From Oopsacas minuta (Eukaryota > Animalia > Porifera), in assembly GCA_024704765.1 (NCBI GenBank), contig JAKMXF010000303.1, positions 264,790-328,789 on the forward strand: a stretch of DNA of 64,000 bases, written 5' to 3'. Below the pieces are notes generated by a model. It saw only the letters and a program-made list of their open reading frames with translations. It was not told where the DNA came from and did not search any database. This document shows, piece by piece, positions 10,801-18,733 of this stretch. The position numbers and the translations under genes are program-made. Numbering within the stretch: the first letter of the stretch is position 1; each line of letters starts with the position of its first letter.

Positions 10801-13792
10801 AATTGTGAAAATCCAACATTATCCTGAGCTATATCTGCAACTCTCCTCCAATTAGTACACACTAGAAGTATATTGTATAATATAGCCTGTAAGAATACAG
10901 CTGATCCCATTCCTATAAAATAACCTTTAGTAGCCATCTTCAAACCAACAGACAAGCAAATAGCAAGAGGAGTAGCGAAAAATTGATAGATTAACAGATT
11001 CGTAATAGATGCAATTCCCTGACGACCACATCCCTTCAATATTCCACTCGCCATTAACTGGAACCCATCAGCATTTTCGAATATACCAATAACAACTAGA
11101 GTCTGAGAAGCCCCCGCTATAATACAGGCATCTTTAGTGAATAGGTGAGGCAAGTGATATCTGAGTAGCAGTACTCCAGCTGAGAAGTGTAGTCCAATCA
11201 CAAATATTATAGATAGACATAAATACGCTACCCTACGAGCTAACTTAGGATTATTGGCTCCTAATAGATTACCAACACGAACAGTGGCAGCTACTGTATA
11301 ACCGATAGGGATTGAATACAACTGGTCACTTATCTTAAACATAATCGAATATATACCAATTTCAACCTTGGGATAAGCACTAGTTGCTCCTACAACTAAA
11401 TATCCAATTTCAAAAGCCCACCATTCAAAGCATATCATTATTAATCCAGGTACTCCATACTTACAGTAATGTAACCAGCCTTTTAACGCGTCACAGCTCC
11501 AACCTGGCCACGACGTGTGATAGAGAGAAGAAAACCGAATATATAGTAAGTATAGAATTGCAAGAGACCAGTAAGATAAGGACAGAGCCATCGCCGACCC
11601 CTCCACACCAAGTCCCAGATGCACTACGAATAGATAATGACAACCAATATTAACTACATTACCTATTGCTGTTAAGAATATGGTAGGATTAACTACATTC
11701 TGTGTTTGTAGAAACTTAGTGGAGAGAATGTATATAATTACAGCTGGCTTAGCAACGCATAGGATCCTCAGGTATTTACCAGCTATAGCAGCTACTTCTA
11801 CATCTTGATGTAGCAGGATCAGAAGTGATTCTGTATTCAACCACATGGCCCAAATAGGAAAACAAACAAGTAAACAAAGTATGCTAGCACGCTGGAAATA
11901 CACACCCACAATACGGTAGTTCTTACCTCCGTAAGCTTGTGAACACAGAGTATCCATGCCAGAACTAAGTCCAACTACAATAGAAGTACCTGTAACGTTA
12001 GCGAATGATAGAGCTAGTGCAGTACCGTCAAGGTACACACCTCTTCCAATATGACCTGTGAATATCAAACATATTACTGATAACATTGTGGTACTGAATG
12101 AAGATAGAACACTAGGCCAAGCTAGTTTGTTAATGATAATACATTCATGGATTATCCAGAATGATAGTAACTTTCTATACCATTTTGTAGATGGAAGATT
12201 TTGATACTTCTCTGACTCATGCATATTGTAATGTAGTAAATATAATAATAGAGGAATTTTGTGTGTGTATATAAGAATCCATCAACTTAGGTCACAAGTA
12301 ATGGATAATACAACTGTCTTATACAGAGAGTATGTCAAGAGGCATATCGTCACAATGTTCATGTATTATTTATTTATACGTAATCTGGACAAGTGGAAAA
12401 ATGAAGTTTAAAAATATTTAACTATGTTCCTTATGATTCAATACCAAGTATATAGTTACTACGAAAGAATTGCTACTCAGTATCTGATAGTTTGTACAGG
12501 AAAATAGGGAGAACTAAGAACAGTCCGCTAATAGTGGATAACTGAATACAAACACTTTTTATTTACATCCTCTATGTCAGTGATTCTCAACTGGACTCAA
12601 CCGGTGTACCCCAAAAACTAACTTGCACAGATTATCTTTGTTTAAAATGCTTTCAGTGGCTTTTATCCTAGCTCTCTGAGTATAAAATGGGAAGTATCAA
12701 AAGGAACTACCCTTCACATCAATATTTACACTTACGATATAACTCACCTAAAACCTTGATTATTTCCTGTCTACACTCTTCCTGTAACTGAGGATATCTC
12801 CCAAAGTTATAAATAGCCCATCCCATAGAGCTAGAAGTAGTATCATGACCAGCAAAAATAAACACATTAACTTCTGACTGTATTTCTTCATCAGTGAGAT
12901 AGCTGCCATCTGCTTTGGGAGTCATTAACAAAATTGTACAAAAATCCTTCATATTCAATGAATCATTCTCCTTAATCTCTTTACGACGTTCATTCAGAAA
13001 ATCTAGATTAGCCTTACGTACGTATTCCTGTGCCTCGAATAGTTTTTTATAGTGTGAAGATAGTTTGTATATAAAATTAAATCTGTACAGTGGGTTTTTA
13101 ATACGTACTTCAATTGCTGAATTTGTGAAATTATGCGCTTTTTCATACTCTTGTAATGAGAATCCCTCTCTCTTCTGGATGGAAGACTTCATAGAGAAAG
13201 CGGATTGTAAAAAGGCGTCGAGTGCGAGAATATCTAGATCAGGAGAACAGTTGAAGTACTCAGATGCTGTACAATGCTCCTCCCATTTACTTAACATCAT
13301 TCTAGCAGTTCTATTGAATTGCTCAACATAGATATTGAGCATATCAAAATGGAACACAGGAGTTAGCATTTTTCTCCTCTCTTTCCAGTCTGATCCATCA
13401 AGTAATAACAAGTTATTCCTCGAAAACTGTGTAATCAATTGAGTTCCTCCACCCTTCTCCGATTTCATTTCGAGAATTAGTTGTTTAATAGTTTCAGGGT
13501 GACTAAGTTGAATTTGAATAACCCATGGAGCAAATACATAACGACAGAGTTTGGGAAATTTCGCAGCCCACTTCCTCTTAAAAAGAAAACCTTTAGAAAC
13601 AGGTCGCATATCTCTCAAATGTCCGTAGAACCAATGGGATATGGGAGGACCTGGAAGAGCCCTCACAATCTGGATTCGTCTCCAGTAAGGAATCACTACC
13701 ATAACCAAGTAGAGACATAAAGAAATCAAGAAGATGAATGGTAAAGAGCTCCATATGAAATAGGATAAGTGATATATCAGAGCTATCAGCAT
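7805..13792 (-). CDS. Cytochrome P450, CYP4-clan-like, join(12748..13792,7805..8271), 503 aa
   Basis: Exon 1 has the TM anchor, PGPP hinge and I-helix FIFAGHDTTS and ends KVLG at a G|GTGAGT donor. Exon 2 follows a TTTATAG acceptor in matching phase 1 and has ETLR, the PYRF meander and the heme motif FSAGARNCIG. Confidence 0.92.
9600..10160 (+). mobile_element. Decayed piggyBac-like transposase fragment inside the P450 intron
   Basis: Frameshifted translation PPILKAYN/MGGVDRHNRL...KVFFHILDSAMVNEWIL matches the piggyBac YN..MGGVD...FF..LD.A.VNAWIL pattern. Confidence 0.65.
10527..12224 (-). CDS. MATE-family multidrug/toxin exporter (SLC47A-like), intronless 565 aa, nested in the P450 intron
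   Basis: Motifs LAWP, GLSSGMDTLCSQAYG, KFLQTQN, EWWAFEI, ATVRVGNLLGANNP, GILKGCGRQ; about 13 hydrophobic segments. Confidence 0.95.
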   Translation of the reverse strand: MHESEKYQNLPSTKWYRKLLSFWIIHECIIINKLAWPSVLSSFSTTMLSVICLIFTGHIGRGVYLDGTALALSFANVTGTSIVVGLSSGMDTLCSQAYGGKNYRIVGVYFQRASILCLLVCFPIWAMWLNTESLLILLHQDVEVAAIAGKYLRILCVAKPAVIIYILSTKFLQTQNVVNPTIFLTAIGNVVNIGCHYLFVVHLGLGVEGSAMALSLSYWSLAILYLLYIRFSSLYHTSWPGWSCDALKGWLHYCKYGVPGLIMICFEWWAFEIGYLVVGATSAYPKVEIGIYSIMFKISDQLYSIPIGYTVAATVRVGNLLGANNPKLARRVAYLCLSIIFVIGLHFSAGVLLLRYHLPHLFTKDACIIAGASQTLVVIGIFENADGFQLMASGILKGCGRQGIASITNLLIYQFFATPLAICLSVGLKMATKGYFIGMGSAVFLQAILYNILLVCTNWRRVADIAQDNVGFSQLNNDSSSSTNDLARSNNELNPFLTHNISKTSRSCMIGYQDIVKIVIIVVLIASFVVGLGFSFYRPPSSNVFITAPFNTSSSLNNTQITCPY

Positions 13793-14078
13793 TATAACTA
13801 TGGAAATATTGCGGAATTACCTGAACACATCTAAAGAGATACAATCTATTAAAGTTTCATTATACTAAGTAAAAGAATAATTCAACAGTAATGTAAAAAC
13901 AAATGTAACCCAGTACTCGTAATTGCTTCTAGCACCGTAAAAAAAGAAAATTTATTAAAAATATCAGTTGAGAGACCGGAGTGCAGCTTGAGATCTCTTC
14001 CAACCCTGGCACTCAAATACACTGACTAGATTTTGGAACCAAATAGAGTTAGTCATAGAATGCTATGATTTAATTTGC

Positions 14079-14177
14079 CAGTAGAGTCTCGTTAATACGA
14101 ACACGGTAAGCGTAACTTCGGACAAGGAGTACAAATTTTGGCAGTCCTCTGGCGTACGCATTAACAAGACTCTACTG
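14079..14177. mobile_element. Internally deleted copy of the 3897-4063 MITE, opposite orientation
   Basis: Same TIR (cagtagagtctcgttaatacgaacac) and shared internal sequence (aaggagtac.aatttt.g.agtcc). Confidence 0.7.
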
Positions 14178-14703
14178 TAGTTTAATTCTGATGTATAGGT
14201 GTGAAATAAGAAGATAATCGTGAAAATTTTGCAATTGTGTACTATACCAAATGAAGATAGGACACTCAGCCACGCCAGGATTAACTAGATTCTGTGAAAA
14301 TTCGGAAGGCTAGACTAAACAGAGTCAAGCTAACGAACAGATTAAAGTACCTCTCAACATCGTTCATGTGAATATACCGTATTTCCCTGAATAAGCGCAG
14401 GGGTATTCCCAAAAACGAAATCAACGAAATAAGGTATTCTCAACTTTAGAAAATAATACACGTATACAGCAGAGATATAAAATGAGAAGAACTATTTAGA
14501 ATAAATTTTAATTAGAGTAAAACTCCTCAAATCAAGTCACCCAGTCTGTAGGGCGGCCGACAATGACCGTATCACCAACAAATCATCATAATTAAGCAAA
14601 TAAAACAAGAAATGGAATTCAATATTCTACCATCAAACATGCAAAAGGAATAAAATAAAGACAATATAATTCAGATGAACAATAGTTACAATACAGAGAT
14701 TAC

Positions 14704-15660
14704 TTAGACCTCTTGAGGAGCTCCCTCATATTCTAAGATTTTTGGCAACTTGTTCAAATTATTAACGTCATACATAGACAAGTCACATACAACCTCTTCT
14801 TTAGCTCGCTCCCGTTTGTAGAGAATATTAAAATGTCTCCTTCCTACTATGAAAATGAACAATACTAGAATAATTGTAGCGAATATTATCCCAATGATTA
14901 CCAAAATAACAAGGATGACTAATAGCATAATCACCAGGACGTGTGAGTTCCCTCCCATGTTACAAGATGTTCCTGTCCCGGTACATCCGGTACATCCGGT
15001 ACAGCCTCCACACCCACCTCCGTATAAAGGCGCCACTGGGTAGTAGTACCCCATGTGACAAGGATACCCGAACCAACAGCAGTACAAACCTAAGAAAGGA
15101 ACGTTTGGATCTCTACAACAGCTCGGAGCTTGACAGCACAGACAGAAGCTGCCTACGATAATACCAATAATACCGAGACTAGCAAAGAAGAATACTATAC
15201 CAGCAAGATAGTACACACCCACTTGTGTAGCAACAGGCCACGATTCATATGGAAACAGATGCCAGATGTTCCTACCAGCTGCTATGTCAAGTCCATAGCT
15301 AATAGCAGACATCGCCACTATCAGGAGCTCTACTATGATAAGAAGAGTCAGAATGTCACGTGTCAATAGCATGCAGAGCTTCACACGTTTGGACACACGT
15401 GGCTCCTTCATACACAAGCGGTATTCGTAAGTACAGGTATTACAGTGTGTGAAACAAGTTAGGTTATAGTTAGTAGCACGCCAGTTATCGAGACATTTCC
15501 TGTGAACCCATTTAGAAGACCCTGTACACAAGCAAGGAGCAATAAGCCCTGCACCTCCATCGAAACAGATCCTGCAAATGTCTCCTTGATTTACATCCTC
15601 TTCTAAAGTGCTATAGTTACCTCCACGGACTTTGTAACAGCCACAACATCCTGTTGGCAT
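14704..15660 (-). CDS. RING-CH (RINGv) multi-pass membrane E3 ligase, plant/protist-type architecture, 318 aa
   Basis: First ATG at 15660 (the ORF track starts earlier at a non-ATG codon). C4HC3 RING CRIC...APCLCTGSSKWVHRKCLDNW...CNTC, then TRDIL-TM, YYLAG-TM, a Cys/Gly-rich loop, a long TM and RRHFNILYKR. Confidence 0.85.
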   Translation of the reverse strand: MPTGCCGCYKVRGGNYSTLEEDVNQGDICRICFDGGAGLIAPCLCTGSSKWVHRKCLDNWRATNYNLTCFTHCNTCTYEYRLCMKEPRVSKRVKLCMLLTRDILTLLIIVELLIVAMSAISYGLDIAAGRNIWHLFPYESWPVATQVGVYYLAGIVFFFASLGIIGIIVGSFCLCCQAPSCCRDPNVPFLGLYCCWFGYPCHMGYYYPVAPLYGGGCGGCTGCTGCTGTGTSCNMGGNSHVLVIMLLVILVILVIIGIIFATIILVLFIFIVGRRHFNILYKRERAKEEVVCDLSMYDVNNLNKLPKILEYEGAPQEV

Positions 15661-16210
15661 TTCTCTAACTAAAAGAAATCTATAGTAGAGTAAGTTGAGT
15701 ACTAAATCACTTCTAAACTTCAGTAAATTCGCAATAGGTGAAACAAATTTTGAGGATTCCGATAGTAACAAGTTTGTATGGTAGATTGTAAGTATTTCAA
15801 TAAGGGTATGTCATAAACAAGTTGAAATCAGAATTCGTGTTCTTCCATATGCCAAAACAGGCCAACAATGAATGGGAAGAACTCATTGTCGTTTAACATC
15901 AAATTATTGAATTAAGTAAATTAGACACCAGCAGAGCAAAAGCAAAGAAGTGATTTTAATTAATAGAATAAATTATTCGAATGTATAAACAGGTAAAATA
16001 CTACAATAATATAAAATAGGAGTAAACATAACTAAACATGAATTCAAAAGAACTAAGAGGTGAGGTGCAGGAGTGTTGTAAGTGAGATGTCAGATTGATG
16101 GTAAGTAGTGCCAGTTAGTTGAAGAAAGCTCGTTTTCACACAGTTGAGAATGTACCAGTCAGAGAAAAGGAAGGAAAACCGTTGGAATTAGGGAGGTCTA
16201 CATTCTTTCC

Positions 16211-18679
16211 ATGTTCCCCTACCCCTCAGGGGCTCTCCACATGGGGCATGTGCGTGTGTACACCATCAGTGACACACTCGCACGCTATCACAGAGCCAGA
16301 GGTGAGAGTGTGCTACACCCGATGGGCTGGGATGCATTCGGTCTGCCAGCAGAGAACGCAGCCATCGAGAGAGGACTGAGTCCAGTCGAGTGGACACAGA
16401 CCAACATCAGTCAGATGCGTCAGCAACTGAATCAGCTGAACTTCCAGTTCGACTGGGAGAGGGAAGTGACCACGTGCAGACCCGACTACTACCGCTGGAC
16501 ACAGTGGCTGTTCACACAGCTGTATCGTCATGATCTGGCCTATCAGAGGGAAGCCTACGTGAACTGGGATCCTGTGGACGGGACAGTACTGGCCAATGAA
16601 CAGGTGGATGCTGAGGGGAGGTCGTGGCGGTCCGGTGCAAGGGTAGAGCGTAGACGACTGAACCAGTGGTTCGTACGTCTCACACACTACAGAGAAGCCC
16701 TCCTGAAGGGTCTAGCCGAGCTGGACTGGCCGGAGAAGGTGAAGCAGATGCAGCGGCACTGGATCGGTCGAGCTGAGGGGTATCTGATCAGTTTCCAGTT
16801 ACAGGAAGGAGATGGCAGTGTGAGGGAGGGCGACAAGAGACAGGAGCCGTTGAGGGTATTCACTACCAGCCCAGAGAAGCTCTTGGACACCACCTTTCTG
16901 GGTGTGTCACGTGAACACGCGTTGAGTGAGGGGTATTCGCGTGATACACACCTGAAGCACACTTCCAGCAGTGAGGCAGACTGTGAGAGGGAGGGCATCA
17001 GGCAGGAGACGGTGAGAGGCGAACTGCTACCAGTTCGAGCTGTCCATCCTATTACTGGTGAGCTGCTACCTGTACTCAAGTTGGACCATGTGGTACAGGA
17101 GTATGGCACGGGTGTGGTGATGGGTGTACCGGCTCGCAACAAGAGAGATGCTCGTGTGGCAGAGCACTGGGGCTGTGCTGCTGTATCGGGAGTAGCTCTC
17201 TCTCCGGATGGTACTCGCGTACAGTCCGGTGACATGCTGGGGATGAGTGTGGAGGATGCACGGGGTGTTATCCTGTCTCAGAACTGGATTCAGGCTAGTG
17301 AGCAGTTCCGTCTACGTGACTGGCTCATCTCACGACAGCGCTACTGGGGCTGTCCTATCCCGATGGTACACTGTCCCACATGTGGGACCATCCCTGTGCC
17401 TGAACAGGAGCTGCCTGTCCTTCTACCGACTGACCTGCAGCTGACGGGTAGAGGCAGTTCCCCGCTACGCACCTGTCAACAGTTCACGTCTACTGTCTGT
17501 CCTCAGTGCGGCAGTCTACACGCACAGCGGGAGACAGACACCATGGATACGTTCATCGACTCTTCCTGGTACTATATGCGCTATTGTGACCCTCAGAATG
17601 GATCAGCACTGTGTGGAGTAAAGGCAGCACGCCGCTGGCTACCAGTAGACACGTATATCGGCGGGATTGAGCATGCAGTTCTCCACTTGCTGTATGCACG
17701 CTTCGTGAGCCACTTCCTCTACGACTTGGGCGTGTCACCTGAACCGGAGCCTTTCAGGAAGCTGATCACCCAGGGCATGGTGACCGGCAAGACATACCGG
17801 CTGATCGGCTCCCTGCGTTACATCCAGCCCGAGCAGGTGGAGACAGGAGCGGGAGGGGTGCTGGTAGAGAGGGGCTCACAGCAGAGGGTGGAGATGTTCT
17901 GGGAGAAGATGTCCAAGTCGAAGTACAACGGTGTGAATCCACAGGTTATGGTGGAGAAGTACGGCGCGGATGTAGTCAGGCTGTTCCTACTCTTTAAGTC
18001 ACCCCCACATCTGGACCTACAGTGGGATGAGACGGCCATTGTGGGCATTGTACGCTGGAGGGCTAAACTGGAGGGAATACTCGCTGAGCACGTCCGCCAC
18101 TACCACGCCAGTCAGGATACACACAGGGAGACTGCACCTGCTGACGGGGAGGTGCTAGAGGGCCTGGAGTCACTCACCCAGAGAGCAGTACATGTTTCTA
18201 CACAGGCTATGACGCACATCTTCAACTTCAACTCCCTCATCGCCCAGCTCATGAAGCTCACCAACTATATACGCAAGCACAAGGATGTGCTGTCTGGCAC
18301 ACACGCATGCCAGCACAGTCTGAGGACGCTACTGGCGCTCTTACACCCCATGGCTCCACATATCTCCACTGATCTCTGGAGCCGACTGGAGAGGGATACA
18401 TACTCGCCAACCATCCGTGCCATGTGTCGCGGTATCAAGGCAGACACTGCAGGCCAGGAGCACCAGGGAGCAGGCAAGCCTATCCCATTCTCTGTCCTGC
18501 TGGACAACCAGTGGGTGTGCACTATCTATATCCCCCTGGGTGTCACAGACTCAGAGGAGGGCATACGTCAGGCAGTACTAGCACACCCGTGTGTACAGGC
18601 GGTATTGGGGGGTCAGCAGCCCTGCAGAATGGTCTCTCAGATCAATCAGAAAACTATTGTATTGATCACCAAAGAATGA
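16211..18679 (+). CDS. LARS2: 5'-truncated duplicate of mitochondrial leucyl-tRNA synthetase (822 aa from MFPYPSG); coding status uncertain
   Basis: HIGH (HMGH) and KMSKS motifs intact. There is an in-frame TGA at 16145-16147, and the upstream region is frameshifted relative to the minus copy, so there is no N-terminal extension. Ends ...KTIVLITKE. Confidence 0.6.
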   Translation: MFPYPSGALHMGHVRVYTISDTLARYHRARGESVLHPMGWDAFGLPAENAAIERGLSPVEWTQTNISQMRQQLNQLNFQFDWEREVTTCRPDYYRWTQWLFTQLYRHDLAYQREAYVNWDPVDGTVLANEQVDAEGRSWRSGARVERRRLNQWFVRLTHYREALLKGLAELDWPEKVKQMQRHWIGRAEGYLISFQLQEGDGSVREGDKRQEPLRVFTTSPEKLLDTTFLGVSREHALSEGYSRDTHLKHTSSSEADCEREGIRQETVRGELLPVRAVHPITGELLPVLKLDHVVQEYGTGVVMGVPARNKRDARVAEHWGCAAVSGVALSPDGTRVQSGDMLGMSVEDARGVILSQNWIQASEQFRLRDWLISRQRYWGCPIPMVHCPTCGTIPVPEQELPVLLPTDLQLTGRGSSPLRTCQQFTSTVCPQCGSLHAQRETDTMDTFIDSSWYYMRYCDPQNGSALCGVKAARRWLPVDTYIGGIEHAVLHLLYARFVSHFLYDLGVSPEPEPFRKLITQGMVTGKTYRLIGSLRYIQPEQVETGAGGVLVERGSQQRVEMFWEKMSKSKYNGVNPQVMVEKYGADVVRLFLLFKSPPHLDLQWDETAIVGIVRWRAKLEGILAEHVRHYHASQDTHRETAPADGEVLEGLESLTQRAVHVSTQAMTHIFNFNSLIAQLMKLTNYIRKHKDVLSGTHACQHSLRTLLALLHPMAPHISTDLWSRLERDTYSPTIRAMCRGIKADTAGQEHQGAGKPIPFSVLLDNQWVCTIYIPLGVTDSEEGIRQAVLAHPCVQAVLGGQQPCRMVSQINQKTIVLITKE

Positions 18680-18696
18680 GTAGTAAGGAATTCATT

Positions 18697-18726
18697 CCTA
18701 GATTGAGGCTCTCACCTCAATCTAGG
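18697..18726. other. Perfect 12-bp stem / 6-nt loop at the palindrome centre
   Basis: cctagattgagg-ctctca-cctcaatctagg. Confidence 0.95.
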
Positions 18727-18733
18727 CTACTTA

